Position numbers and translations under genes: made by a program | Notes under the pieces: model-generated | What the model saw: only the letters and a program-made list of their open reading frames with translations | Database searches by the model: none | What the model was told of the DNA's origin: nothing | Assembly (NCBI RefSeq): GCF_009914755.1 | Contig: NC_060932.1 | Length of the DNA stretch: 64,000 nt | Source: the human T2T-CHM13v2.0 reference genome, Homo sapiens | Direction: 5' to 3' (one strand) | Shown: positions 14,024 to 28,912 of the stretch, one piece after another | Layout of the letters: the number at the start of each line of letters is the position of its first letter | How positions within the stretch are numbered: the stretch's first letter is position 1

Positions 14024-17000
14024 AGATTTTTTTTAAAAAGCATGAGAATAAGACAGGGAGTAGAGTGACAGCGAAGCAAAAGTTTGGAAGTCCCCTTGGA
14101 GACAGAGGTGGAGCTGTACCAGGGCCTCTCTGAAGTGTCTGTTATCATGGCATTTGCATAACTTGCATTAGGATAGTTCTTCACAGCCTCAGACCCACTT
14201 CTACAGGGATCATCTCATCTGCTCCTGAATGTTAAGTTGGTAGGACAGGTGTGATATTACAGAATAGACAAGGAGGGACAGAGATCATAAAGGAACTTCT
14301 ATGGTCATACAGATGATAAGAGGTAGTATTAAGAATTGAATACTTTAGTAGTAAGAGTTCAGTACTTTCCTGCCAGCCTTCAACATTTACAGATTACAAA
14401 GTATGGCGGATGTCTCATTTTTGCAATTATTTCTCCATACCCCTCATCATGCAATGAGGGGATCGTGATCTCCACTCACGGCATTATGACTTACAGTGCT
14501 TCCCTGTAGCTGGAGAAAAATATATTTGCCCCATTAACTTTGACCAAATGAAAAGTGAGTAAACTTGATTTATCCATGTCTGAGCATGTCTGAGGTTAGC
14601 GTGCATCTTTCACCCTGGGTTCTGAGTCAGAAGCACTGTGGAGCAGGGCACAGCCTGGAACCGTCTACATAGAGTGTGAACAAGAAGGAATTCCTTGTGA
14701 AGCTTATACACAGGTGCTGGAGGAACCTCCTCAGAGCCAGCAACTGTACTCTCTGAAAGCTTTTATCTTTACCTTCCAAATGACATTTGCTAGCAGGCAT
14801 TCCCCAAGAAGAATGAATATAGAAATAGATAAAGGATGTATTAGCAAAGTTACCAATTGCCTTTATTGAGATAAGAGCCTCAGGAAAATCTTTCTGCTCC
14901 CCCAGTTCCCTAAGGTGAACTGGCTTAATGTAAAAAATTAATTCCCTTATTTCATGTCTTGAGGCATTGCCTTTCCACCCTATGTCATTGAAAATTGATG
15001 ATGTTGGGAGTTATTTTAGAAGAGAAAATCTCTTACTAAAAAAGAGGAAGAAAGGGGCCCTGCACAAATAAGGCACTTCAGAGGTCCGAAGCCAAACCAA
15101 ATAGCAGATAAGGAAGCTGAAACAGAAGCTTCTACTGCCAGGAGAGATCCACTATTAATTCGCTGGTCCAAGATACGGAACACAGGAACATGTTGTTGAA
15201 ATATTTATAAGGAGGACAGCTGAAACCTTATTTAATATGGCCAGAGCTGTCCAGCACATCTCAGGTACGCATACAATAAAACCGTAAATATATTAGGAAC
15301 ATATTGGTCATTATAGTCATTGAGACAAGATGTAAAACTCTTTAACGTGCCTACAAGTAAAGAAATATTCTATAAAATTCAAAGAAGTTTGAAGGCGTAT
15401 TTTCTTATCATGTTAGGGCAAGTGGCAAATACTTCTTGGCTTGAAATGACTTAATTGTCTTAAGATCTTCATTGTTGTTATCTACAAGGAAGCCACCAGC
15501 ATCTACAGATAACTACTGCAGAAAAATCTATAATAAGCATTGTCTAAATGATGCCTTACAATGACTGGATTTTTTAGAAAGGTAAGCTGACTTTATCCTG
15601 TATTAATAAACAATAAAAAGAAATCTTTTATTATAATTATATAAGTAATAACGCTATCATATAATGATATGATCTAGGTTAAAATAGATTATTATGTATG
15701 AATGTAATTATAAAAATAGATAAAAAAGAAGATATTCAGACTATTTGTAATTTAGTAAAGACTGAACTATTTTTAATAATAAAATATTGATTCTCCAACT
15801 GAAATTCTAAAAATGAACTAAAAGTATAATTTGAATTCTAAATATCTAATAAGGGAATAAAAATTATATGATGAGAATAGTTTTGGCTTGAATTTTTTAT
15901 GGAGACATAGCTATATTAATTACTTTAAGAAAATATCAGTTCTAATTATGTGCTTAAAAATACTGACTGCACACCAAAGCAATAGAAGAAAATTCTCTTT
16001 TCTTGAACCATGACCTGCTACAAATTTTTCATACTCCTTTAATTTTTTTTACATTTGAATCAATTCCTTTTTTGTATTCAACTCTATTTTATTAAGAATT
16101 CAATATATCATTTTAATTTAAACTCTTATCAAAACATTATATATTAAACCCACTTAAAAATGTGGTGAACCTCCATTATTTGGAATTTTAAAACTCCATT
16201 CAAAATGTACAGGAGTTAGCAAGTTTGATCCTAACAAATGTTCCATAAATAATAAAGGTAAGTATTAATCCTATTTAAAAGATAAGCAGTGGGTAAAATA
16301 AAAGGAAAGAAAACCAGAACAAATATTAAGTGACCTCATGATTTCATTTAGCTAGCTTTGCAAAATAGTGCGAAAACATGAAAATAAAATGAATATAATC
16401 ACCTCATTCAAAAGTACCTTAAAATGACGTGGGTTTCTGTCACATTAAAAACAGTGATTTTCTTTCACTTCTAAATGTTGGCTTGTATGCTAATGAAAAA
16501 ATATTGTTAGACAATTTAGGATGATTTTGGTGTACCGGAGAAGTTGGAATGAAACACAATAATTTCCAATGTTTGAGAAAGCAGCACACATTTTAAATAT
16601 TGAAGAATGATTTTTAATTTTAATGATTTAATTTTAATTTTAATGATTTTAATTTTATAAGTATTACTCTGGGGGATTTGGGATATGATTGTATTTGTAA
16701 ATGATCACTAATGTACATCTATATACATTTCTAAATTACAAATTGACATGTTATAATCTATTCACTATAAAAAGAATTTTATATAGAAACTGGAAAGATA
16801 TGTATCAGTTTATTGACAGTTGTTAACTTACTCATCAACTTAGTTGTTATCATAGACAGATAAACAATTTTTTATTCTTTTTCTTTCCACTTATGTCTGT
16901 ATTCCAAATCTGGTTTTACAGTGGTAACTCTATTCCAAAGTCCTCACATAATCGGAAAGTTAGCAACAAGTACTCTACCCCTAAGCCTTTTAACTTTGAT

Positions 17001-17147
17001 TGACTACTACCTTTTTCATAAATAGTACAAATAAAGGTACAATAGATATAAGACATTGGTGTCTATATAACAGGAATATGCATTAAATGGTTATATATAC
17101 AATATATATATAATATATTATTCTAGTCTTTACTCTTGACAAATAGC

Positions 17148-17149
<2 letters not shown>

Positions 17150-17193
<44 letters not shown>

Positions 17194-17197
17194 CGTA
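17150..17197. repeat. (TG)n(CG)n microsatellite
   Basis: 48 bp of uninterrupted purine-pyrimidine alternation. Confidence 0.95.
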
Positions 17198-18052
17198 AAG
17201 ACTAGGATCTCTAGGAAGGAAGGATCATCAACAAGTTCATGAATTTGTCCCGCTTCATTTCTTCTCGTGATCATTAGCTTCTGACTTGATTATGATCAAA
17301 ATAGCTATCAATAAATGAACGCTTTTATTTTTTTCTAAATCTCTAATTTGTCAACAGAATACCTAGCTTAAAAATGTTAAAAAGTGAAACTAAAGTTAAA
17401 TCTCTGCAAATGAAATGGAATCAGAACATCACCAATCTGTTTATCCTCTTTCCAAACTATGTCTCCTACTTGGGAATGATGATGATACATGGGCTTAATG
17501 GTAACATTTATGCACAAAATATTGTTTGCAGTTAATTTTGTAAAATTTGAATATAGATCTACTTCTTCCTCAATATTTAGTTGTACCTCCTTTTTTCAGC
17601 CAAGGATCTGTCAGTATAGTACTCTGATAGCAAAAGGTAATTATTGAAGATTTACTTTGACTCTGACGGTGTTCGGGGTTCAGAATCATGCTTGCGCATG
17701 TCAGATTCTTTGCCAGAGATGTAATTTGTTCTTGTGGGTCTATGCCAGATACGAGTAAGGCTTCCTGTGGTGCTGTCCAGAACATTAAAGCAACAACCCC
17801 CATGATATCTGTGGCTGGCCACCAAAGTCCTATCTAACTCCTGCTAAGCTAATGTGGAACTTAAAATTAACCTGTACCAAAGTATTTTAAAAATCACTGA
17901 AATTAGTATTATGTCACCGTGTTCACAATTCTCAAAAAAGACAGAACAACTTCAAATATAACTTGAAATTAAGACAGCAACCATGGACACGTTAACTTTA
18001 CAAATAAGGCAAATACTAACGTTAGACCGATGAAGTTTACCTTTAAGAAAAA

Positions 18053-18076
18053 AAGAAGAAGAAGAAGAAGAAGAAA
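18053..18076. repeat. (GAA)7 trinucleotide repeat
   Basis: gaagaagaagaagaagaagaa following an A run. Confidence 0.9.
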
Positions 18077-19839
18077 TTTTCACAGGGTGGGTTCTCTTGA
18101 AGCAATGAACCCAAAATGAATTATCTATGAGCAAAGAGAGGTTGAGTCCTGTAAACCTAATTTTATAGATAAAGAATTGGAGGACCACTCTGAACATAGA
18201 ATGAGACTATAATGGTCCCCAGAATTATCCTGATTATGATGATTCATCTTACCTTTATGCCCGACTGCCAATTTACCTAATTGACCAGGAAACAGAGTTA
18301 ACAGAAAAATTACAATTACGCAAATGATAATTATCTTTTCTCTAAAGACTTTGGGAGGCAAAATCATGAATAGTCAATAAAATCTAACCATGACCTTTCC
18401 TAGTATCTTCCTTTTTTAAAATTATCTTCCTTATAATGCTTTAACATATACTTATACTTCTGTCCCTTGTAGAATGCATAAAAAGAATGGTTGTCTCATA
18501 TCCACGATCTGTGACTTGTAAATCTGGGAATCAATTTACGCTGCCATTGCAAGCTCACCGGTCCAATGCTCTCAAACACTGGCAGGTGAAACTTGATGGT
18601 GGACAAGGGTTCGTGTTCTAATTGCCGTGTCAAATTCCAGCCAAATGAGGCTGGAGTAGAGACATTTGGAATGTTCCCGAGATCAATGCTGGGAGATGGA
18701 AACATTTTTATGACGAGGATGTGTCTAAGCTAGACCAGAGCAGAGCCAATGGACAAAGCCAGGCCTTATGAAATATGGAGCCCAGACACCAAGCTGACAG
18801 GAATGGTTGGAGTCTATTTCTATTTTGGAAGCCTGAGAAGGATGCGGTGGTGGGAGGCTATATCTCACGTTCAAAATTGATCGAGCTGAAATGACTTGCA
18901 GGATTAATTCACACTAATACTGAGCTTCTAAACTGCAGGACACATAACTGTCACTGGGCACTGCACTCCACTCAGCACGCCTTGCAGGTCTAAGAGTTGG
19001 AAGGAGAAAATATGCTTCAGTTAGAAATAAAACCTAATAAATTAACCTAAGACAAGGGACTGTGACTTAGAGTCTGTTTATAAATGATTTCTTTGTGGAC
19101 TGGGAAGAAAACAGTCAAGGAAACAGGGAGAGAAAAAAAAAAAAGAGTTCTTTCTGTGCCAGAGGTGAGGCTTCTTGCTTGTTCCTGGCTCCCTGGGCTC
19201 ACAGTGCTGCTAGTGGCTGTTCTTCCTGCTGTGATTACAACATCATCCGATGCCAAGCCCTTTACCACTCTTGGTTCTGTGTGTGGCTGAAGACAACAGC
19301 GGCCAATGGCAGCAGGGCTGTCAGCTGCTGAAACACAGCACTGTTCTCTCAAGGACCAGGTAATGAGGGAGAACCACTTGAAATTAGCAAAACGGAGACA
19401 AATATGGGCTTAAGATTGCAGTCAACCATGATGTGTTCTATTCACTTGGATGACTTCTGTACATAATATTGTATTATTGATCTATCCTCCAGTTTGATAA
19501 AGACCTTTTTCTAATAAAGACCTTTTATGAAGGGATAGTAAATTTTCAAATTGACATAAAGGGGAGTATCATTTCTCCCCAAATAGAAAACTAATTTTAT
19601 AAATCCAGAAATAATATGACATTTTAATTAAAGTGAAATCACAAAAATAACTCAAACCGTGAACTTTCTCCCCATTATATCAGTATAGCTTTATTTCATT
19701 GTACATGAGTAGATATAATTCATCCTTTTCTTTTGGAAATTGCTAAGATGCAAGTTAAATTTTTTCATGTGGCACCATATTTCAGGAAATCCAGTGGTAA
19801 AGTTTGAAAATCGATCATTTGCTCTTCAACCATATTATT

Positions 19840-21290
19840 TTTATTCATTCATATGTTTATTCATTTACTCAAGTAATATTTATTGTGTTTGGAGCACTTT
19901 TTTTTACCTGGGAAAGACAGTTAATTTTAAAGCACGATCCTTGTACTCAAGGAACTAATTGATAGTGTCGGCAGGAGTGGGAGAGGTAGACAATGGGCAA
20001 ATAAACAGGTAATTATAAGATAATTCTGCTAGTGATAAGTAGAAAATATGGAAAAAATAAATAACAAAAAAAAATGCATTTGAACGTATCAGAATGTTAA
20101 GGGTTAGGGAGTGCGGGGGACGGGCTATTGATTCTGAGACAGGAATAATACGGAGTAGTTGCTGGAGAATAGAAAATTGCAGGCAACAACTTCACGTGAC
20201 TAAGCAAAAGGAAACTGTTGAAACAGTTGTGAAGCTAGGGCCTGATACGACCCAGAAAACCCAGGGTGTGTGCCAAGCTGGCTAAGACAAACTGGATTCA
20301 ACATGGTGCTGAATTTGACCTAGGTTTCAACAAGGACCTCATTAAATGCTCATTAGCATCCTAAACTCCATGTCCGCCAACATCATGAGAGTTCTGGCGC
20401 CAGCCATTTTTTGGTGTAAAAATGGATGGCACTACACTTCCAAAAAATTTCCACCTTTTTTCCAGCAATCTTCGTGAGTATTCCACCCCTTGGTTAAAGA
20501 AAACAGTAAACGTAGCAGCCTCAAACCGCTTGAGAGTGACTCTCTCTTGAGTAAATCCTCACTCCCTTTCTTGAGTGTGTACTTTTCCCTTTGCAATAAA
20601 TCTCTGTACTTTCACTATTTTCTGAATCTTCCTCACTATTTTCTGACTCTTCCTTGAATTCCTTCTTACTGTGGTGTCAAGAGCTTGGACACTGGCTAGT
20701 GTTGAGGTCTCACTGACATCTGGCGACTTTCCCCAGCCCACCTGTATCAATGTTATTATATACAGTGGTCAGAGAAGGCATCAGGGATAATGTGAGGGTG
20801 TGTCCTTGCCCAGAAAAGGGTGTTCCAGGTGAAGGCCCTGGGAGGAGATGGTGCTTGGTGTATTCGAAACCAACAACAAGGTGACCAGTGTCCCTGGTGT
20901 GAAGACAGGAAGAGGGAGGCATTAGAGGGGACCCTAGGAGTCTTTTCAGGGCAAAGTAAAGAGTTTGACTTCTACTCCAAAGGGGTGGAAATCCATGGAA
21001 GCATTTTGAGCTGGAGATTTATGACTTGATTTCAGTGGTAAAAGTCTGCACCGTGGGCTAAGGAGGCCCAAGGGCAAAGTGGGGAGATGGGTGAGGAGGC
21101 AACTACCCTGACCCAGGTAGCCACGGTGGTGGCTGACCGGAACATGGTGGAGTGGCAGAGGGCTCGACAAAAGGATGCTTTCTCAATCTATCTTGAAAGT
21201 GGACTTGACATGATTTGCCAGTGGATTGAACGTGGAGGAGGAGAGACAGAGTGTCAAGAAACTGATGTATTATTTGGAGTGTTTAAATGT
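19840..21290 (-). mobile_element. L2 relic, split by the ERV1 LTR
   Basis: attcattcat...tatttattg 3'-end motif; aaagagtttgacttctactc...gcattttgagc L2 motif after the LTR; boundaries approximate. Confidence 0.6.
20135..20749 (+). mobile_element. ERV1 solo LTR (LTR19-like; subfamily uncertain)
   Basis: TG...CA termini (tgagacaggaataata...cctgtatca), internal AATAAA near 20595, MER41/LTR19-like body; 21-bp internal tandem duplication at 20612-20653. Confidence 0.78.
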
Positions 21291-21894
21291 GGAATCTCCA
21301 TAAGAGACGCCAGTACTGTCATTAACAATTATTCTGCTCCATCGTCAAGATAAGGGATGCGATGGCAAAGTTATACTACAAATGCGTCATTTTCGCTAGC
21401 AATGCCCGCCATACATTTTTAATCACCGTTTATTAAGCAATGTCCTAAAGTCCTCTTTGTGGGATTATGAAAATTATCCTTCAGGCATTTCAGAAGTGAA
21501 GTCTGTGACGATGTGTTTTCTTTTATGAGTTCATATGTTCAGGAGGCTGGAAAATACCTAGCTGAATGTGTGATACACATGATAAGCATGCTAAGGCATA
21601 TGGGCAGAAGAAGAGATTGCTTTCTATAGAACAGGGAACTAGAAAACATTTGTTTGTTCTTTTAAAATTAACATTTAAAAATGGATCCAAAGTTAAGCCC
21701 TGTAAACCTTGTTTGATTAACTCTGGAACACAATGTTATACTTTTTCCTGCTGAGGTGCTCAAAGGAATGTGGCATACTTGAATGTAGAAAAAAAAAAAC
21801 AAAACATGAAATCTGAGGAGTTGGGCTGAAACTTGAAATCCTCCACTTTCAGGTTACTGAGTTTTAGTTTTCTCATCCTCAAGATGAAATACTC

Positions 21895-22206
<312 letters not shown>

Positions 22207-23759
22207 CTAAAGCCTCATTCCTAGCTGGGGTATTTTGTTATGTTAATTAATTGATTAATATATGAATTCAATAACTCACTAATTAGCTATTAAACAACAC
22301 TATGCTTTCTTTATTGTACTAAACACTTTATGTACAAAAGTGAGCAGAATAAACAGCCACTGCCATCACAGAGTATGATCTTATTAGCAAAATGGCATAT
22401 TTTTGACATCCCATTCTTAATAGGCCAGTGACTTCCAAAGATTTTACGCTGCAGATTGTACAGGAAACATTGCCAATTTTAGAGCAATTTAAACAAGAAA
22501 ACAGAAAAAAGTCAAAGAAGAAAGAAGCAGGGATGAAGTACTGAAACAGGAACAAACAAACAAATCCAGATTATGGTGAGAATATACGATAAAACCAAGC
22601 ATCAAATGCCCTGAGCTTTCTGATAGCTCTGGTAAAAATTTAAGAGAGATGGGATGCAGGATATTTTCAAAAAGAAGGATCCCCTTTACAAGGAAATTAT
22701 CAGGTAAGTATTCCTATGCTGGCTATTAAACTACCTAATTGGTAATTCCTTCAATAGCTTACTAAACCTATGGGAATGACCATTGCTTTGTGTCAGGGTT
22801 CAGGAAAAAAAAAAAACAATTAGATATCATTTCATCCAAATTCTTGCTATAAGGATGCTCCCCTACCTCTATTTCTCTCCTTTTCAGGGAAAGGGTGTCA
22901 TTTAAAGACTAATAGGTTATGAACACCTTTTCTTCCCCTGCTTTCTTCTACTTCATTTAAAACTAGGATGTAAACAAGACTTGGGGATACAGATGCAAGA
23001 AAGAGAGACTAAATCCTTCATAGAGATCAAGTGGGAAGTTCGTGAAACTGACTATTGGATCCATGAAATTGAGCAATATCCCTCTAGTATTAAATTCAAC
23101 ATATCAAGCACTATTGTAAGCATGTGAGTCACATCAATCATTTAATCTTTCTAATGACACCATGCAGAAAGTTTCAAATATATGTTCTTTTTATGGTTAA
23201 GGATTTATTTCCAAAGGGGTCAGGTGTCTTCTTCAGGGACAGGCTCCAGAACCCAAGCTGAGACTCCATAAACACCACTCTTTCTATGATGCCACCTTTA
23301 TAAAGAATACCCCAGGAGGTATCATGTTTGCCGTTTTGTCATACATATCCTTCCTTCCTGCTTTGGTAAATATCTGATGGCTGAGTTACATGTCAGTACA
23401 CTTAGAAATACCTGATTATAAATAGTTGATTTAATTCATCCCATGAATTAGTTTGTTATTCTTTCAAAAAGTAGGTTTTATGGTTGTAACAGCTTTGCAA
23501 ATGGTTCTTCATGACTACACTGCCAATTATATGTTACTTAATCTAATAACATGGTTGATATTGCCTTTCACAAGAGTTCAGGATGGCATGCATGCCTGTG
23601 AGTATAAACAACTGCATGTGTGGCGAAAACCTTATACGATTTCGTTTTTGAATCATTTTAATGACATTTAATTGTCCATGAGGAGTTATAATGACATAAC
23701 TATGTTGGAAATCACATTCGATAAAATTGTAGTTTTAAAACTTAGTATCTGCATCCTTT

Positions 23760-24540
23760 CCTTGGAAAATAGCAGCCCTTTTTCCCTTAGAAATGTAACT
23801 ACCATTTTTTTTTCTTTTTGGTCTATTTACAAAAACTTAAGAAAAGTGAAAGAAGACCATAGAGAATTGCCTACTGCACTCTTCTCCACAGAGATAATGG
23901 CTGTTACTGTTTAGTAATATGTTCTTCTAGACCTCTCTATATGGGTTTATAGATACATCTGGGCGAGTGTATACACAGTTTTTAAATATAAAGGAAATCT
24001 TACAATGGGTACTATTCGTCAATTTACTCTTCACTTAATCCTGTGTTGTGAAAACCTTTTCATACCAATAAATATGAAAGTTTGTATTATTCCCTCTTTG
24101 AAGACTACACAAAGCTCACTTCATGGTTATCCGATGCTGGGTCTAACTCAGCTCCCCACTGGCTATCTGGTTAGTTCTTGATTGTTTAATGTTTTAAACT
24201 CCACTGCCATAAACATTTCTCAGTGTGTACCATTTCCTGATTGTATAGTTTTCTTCAAATTGCCTAGATATAAAACTTGTGGATAAAACTATCGCAATTT
24301 ATTAAGACCCGTATATGTATTGCCAAATTGCCTTCCCAGAAGTGTTTACACTTCCCCTCACCTCACCAGAAGATGAAACTCTCTTTCTCTTTAACCTCCT
24401 ATAAATGTAAGTCATTTTGTTAAGAGAAAAAGTGTGTCTTGTGTTCATTTACTGTGTGTTTTCATCATGACTAAAGATGTTGTATTTTCAATATTATTTA
24501 TAATTATATATTCTCATTTGTGAGTCATCTATTCAAAATG
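23760..24540 (-). mobile_element. Old L1 (L1M) 3' fragment
   Basis: Degenerate motifs such as tattgccaaattgccttcc and cttccctcacctcaccag; boundaries approximate. Confidence 0.5.
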
Positions 24541-25025
24541 TAGCAAAATTACTCAGTGTTCCTCTCCTGCTTTGTACACATATGCGAATTTAACCTCAGC
24601 TTAAAATGGTAATTCCTCACCAGGGTTTGAAGTGCCTGCCACCTTCATAATGCATCTTAAAGGTCAGCTGGCAATCAGTGACAAATTCTACATTCCTGAA
24701 TAGTTACTTGTGAATTCAGGATTTCATTTAGCTTAATTTGTGTGTTTTTTTCCTCCTAAGTGCTCAGGTCTGAAATAGTCAAATTTTAACCATCTAATTG
24801 GAATGAAAAGAAAGCCATGGTTCCCGGCGTGTCCCTAGGAGGTGAGGATAGAAGAGTGCTGGGAAGAGGAGGCACAGACTCTTTTCATGAAGGAATGCAT
24901 CTCACACTAGGAGCAGAGACCTGATCGGAGACGGTCGGTGGCTTGAACGCTGAGTGCTAAAAAAAACTGGCTGCAGGCACACTGCCTTCATCACCTTTGT
25001 TTTCAACACTTCCGTTTCCAGCACA

Positions 25026-25311
25026 TGTGATAAAAATAAATGAAGAGATCCCAAAGCTAAAACTTCAAAAATACCTTGTTTCCTTTTTTGAAGTTCCCCA
25101 CTTTACTTAGGAGCACTTTCAGAATTGAAAAAAAACAAGAGGAATGGTTTTCCAATCGTACAAGTCTACACTGGAATTCCAAATGATTGTTTTCTTCAGG
25201 AAAATAATAGGGAAGATGCCACCTACCTGTGTCCTTCTCAAGAACTCTGAGGTCACATGGAGATGACCACAACAGGCAAATTGTGGCCTCCAATATTTGG
25301 TGCATTTTAAG
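25026..25311. repeat. 286-bp direct duplication, copy A
   Basis: Aligns to 28913-29197 with 11 substitutions and one 1-bp indel. Confidence 0.95.
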
Positions 25312-27391
25312 CTTTCTCCACACCGAGGAACTGGAGGAACAGTGGAATGAATGTGTGCCTGGACCTGAGCCATGAACCAGAAACCATGAGGACAAGGGTA
25401 AGGCCACTCAGGGGACCCATCAGCCTTCTCCATCTACTCAACTGCCACCCAAACCTCACGCCACATCCCTGCCACTCTCAGGGTATGGAGGCTGGTGGGT
25501 GTGTTTGTGTGTGCAAATGTGTGTGTACCTGCAAATCTATGCACACTCAACAAACAGCACCAGTAACACCAGCCTCTGTCTCTTCCTGGCTTTGACAGAA
25601 TTTAAGAGAGGCTAAACAAGAGCACAAACCTGAGTGAATCAGAGCATACTAGAATACTTTCTTATGCTTTCCTGAACATGATAGGCAGAGATTTTATGTA
25701 CTAATTATGGGAAGAGCTGATGCTGTGACACAGGGACTAGAGATATAACAGTCCCTGCAAAACTGATCTCATAACATTAGATTCCCAGGAAAATTCAGTG
25801 TAAGGGGGCTAGAGGAACTTGTTTTGCATTTGGTGGCTGGTTTTCCCTCACTTTCCTAGGCTTGTCTTATAGCTGAATGCACACACACACAGGTACACAA
25901 TTCTAAACACGAGCTGATTGCTCTTCCCATAAGAGAACAAGAACAATTCTAATTCATTTAAATAATGTCCAGTTGGTAAGAGAGAAAACAATTTGTTGAG
26001 TGTGTACAAATTGTTGTTTGTATTTAAATGACAGAGTGATGAGCCAAGGCACGCCATCCATGCTCCGAGTGCCCATTGCACTAGAGTAGACACCACCGCA
26101 GGTGGCCATGTCTACAGGGTTGTCATTCTCACCTCCACACTGGCACACAGAGAAATCCTAAAGAGAAATTAGAGCTTAGGCAAGCTCATGCTACTCATGA
26201 ACTAGGTTAGTTGCCTCCAGAACCAAGTTTGCTGCACCTGTTCACCATGGCCTGGAAGAGCATACTTACACTACTAGTGTGGCAGGCTCTCATCAGAGAC
26301 CGCAACTGTAAGCCCAGCACTTTCACACACAATGACTACAGTTAAGTGATGGCTGAGCAGGTGCTTGGACTTTTTTCACCCTCTTTTTGCTAAGTGACTT
26401 GAGCGAGGTTTGCCTGACAACCCTTAATGAATTATATGCAAAAAATGTCAATTTTCCATCAAATGGCAGTAGTAAATCATTCAGAAGTGAAAAAAATAGA
26501 AGACTGAATTCTAATTTGGATCTTTAACAAACTCTTTCTCTCACTGCTAACATCAAGACCACCCAGGGACTGGGATTCACATGGGAAATGGTTCAATGAT
26601 GGTGTTATTTTTGAAAGCAGAAGGCTGTCTAATGCCAAAAAAAAAAAAAAAAGAAAACGTTCCTCAATCACTCCATCTTCTGTACTTGAAATTTAGTAGA
26701 GATAGAGAAGTTTTCTTTTGTATTGTGAATTTTTATTGTTAGGAATCTTCATGGAAAATAAAGATTTTACATGTCCTAATAAAAATTTTAGGACAAACAC
26801 CCTGAAATACCACATGCAAAATTATGATAAGCAATATAGAGCCAAGATTTGACAGTTTACTGGCAAGCCAATGTGAGAACGGACAGAGATGCAATAAAAA
26901 CAATGAACTTTTAAGTTCTGATAATAATAATAATAATAGTTATGCATGAAAGACATTGTTTAGAAAACAAAGGGCATTGGGGGCCAGCAAAGCAAACTGC
27001 ATATTGAGGAGATGGACCCAAGACTAGTTCAGGCTACACATTTGTGTTTCACACCTAAACGGACTGGACACAAAGGCCAAAACTCTGTAGAAAATCCTGT
27101 CTTGAAGGTAGCACTCCCACCATTACCTCCATGGCTTGTCTAGTGATGATGAGGTTGACAGAAAACAGTCCAGATATTAAGGTCAGAAAATCCAGCACCT
27201 AAATAAGCCTCTAACCTTTGCTTTTTATTTGGGCCTTAGTAAATTATGTCACCTCTAAACTGATCTCTTTATTTTTAAGATTCATATACTAATAAGAATT
27301 ATGTAACATAGCACAAGCGGAAGTATCTAGAACTTAGAAACCTAGAACATAGAACACAGGAACAACCAGAGGAAAGTCCGCTGAGTATGAC

Positions 27392-27475
27392 CACACACAC
27401 ACGTACACGTACACACACATACAAACGTGCGCACACACACAAACGCACACACACTGGATGCACGAATGCACACCA
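27392..27475. repeat. Imperfect (CA)n microsatellite
   Basis: cacacacacacgtacacgtacacacac... run. Confidence 0.85.
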
Positions 27476-28912
27476 TTCATGGAACGAACACTTCCTTAAA
27501 ATATTCAATTACAGTGGAAAGACTGTCACCTGAGATAATAATTTAGACTACAATATGTCTGTAGAATTTAAAATGCATATATTCTTAAAAGATAATCAGA
27601 CATTATTTTTTTAAAAATGAATAATATGAAAACCTAAAGATATAAAGTATTATTAATATTTTCTCTAGAGTAAAAAATTGTTCACCAATCTCAGATAATT
27701 TTCAAATATGTTATGAATTTTCTATGATTTGTCTGAAAAACAGTCGTATTTGTAGTACAAAGTAATTTTCCCTGAAATCAGAATTGGTGGACGCTAATGA
27801 CTTCACAGTTATTTTCAGATGAGAAAGGCTTCCTATTTGTCTCAGATCTACAAACTGATATAATCTATTAGTACCTCTGTAACTGCATGACACAAAATAA
27901 GTGGGGCACAAGAAGAGGAAAAAGCAACTACCCATTTCAAATCTATTATCGCCCTTACACTCTCCATGCAAAGAGAAACAGAAGGAAATACGTGTGTGTA
28001 CCCATGTGAACACAACACACCTGCATAGAACGTGGAGAGCTTAAGGCACTATGAAATAATCTCTTCACATTGGGTTTACGCAGTATCTTCCCCCAAACCC
28101 AGAAAACTCTCAGACACCCATAATATACAGCAATGGTGTTTCTTCTTATCTTAACATATGGAGAAATTGTGAAAGAATAGCTCACTGACTTGTAAAAAGT
28201 ACAACCGTTATTTAGAAATGCAGACCAATTTCCTCATTGATTAGGTCAAAGTAATTTAATTGCTTACAAATGTCCAAATTCTAATTTTAAAGTAGGAAAA
28301 ATATTGCATATTTAGCAAATGTGTGAGGGCCAATAGGTTTTCATACTATGAGGATAAACACTTCATTCAAAGCAAAAGAGGCGCTATAGCCAAAAGTCAT
28401 TCTTAAATAATAAATATATTTTTTTGTGAGTGTAAGGTGTTATTTCCTTATACCATCTTGTGCACATAAACTGTTCTGTTAATTTTTTGAAACTGCCTGT
28501 TAGGATCCCCAAATATAAAAATAAAATGGAACTACATTTCAATTAATACTACTTCAATACTTAACACATGACTATTTCCATCTTATTCCTGATAATCTAT
28601 CAAAACCTTCCTTTTTCTGATATATTATTCTTTCAAAAGCATTCTTTTTTCACTGTTTTGGATGAATTCATAGCCCATAACTATTTGTTTGTACAGTGCC
28701 CCTTTCAAAACTTAGATTAAGAATCTAGCCAGAATCTTTTTCAAATTCTTCTGTAAAAAACCACATCACCTTTTCGGTTAGATAATTCTCAAAGCAATTT
28801 TCGGATGAAATAAACTTAGTTCTACCCAATAGTCTGGAGTGTTCTTATTTCATAGTGCAACTTGCCTAAGCCCAAACTATTTAGACATCTTCCTATAACA
28901 TACTCCCTTTGT

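Noticed and set aside
19315-19332. REST/RE1-like motif (minus strand TTCAGCAGCTGACAGCCC)
   Set aside because: The half-sites have mismatches and lack the canonical 2-bp spacer; plausible by chance in 64 kb.
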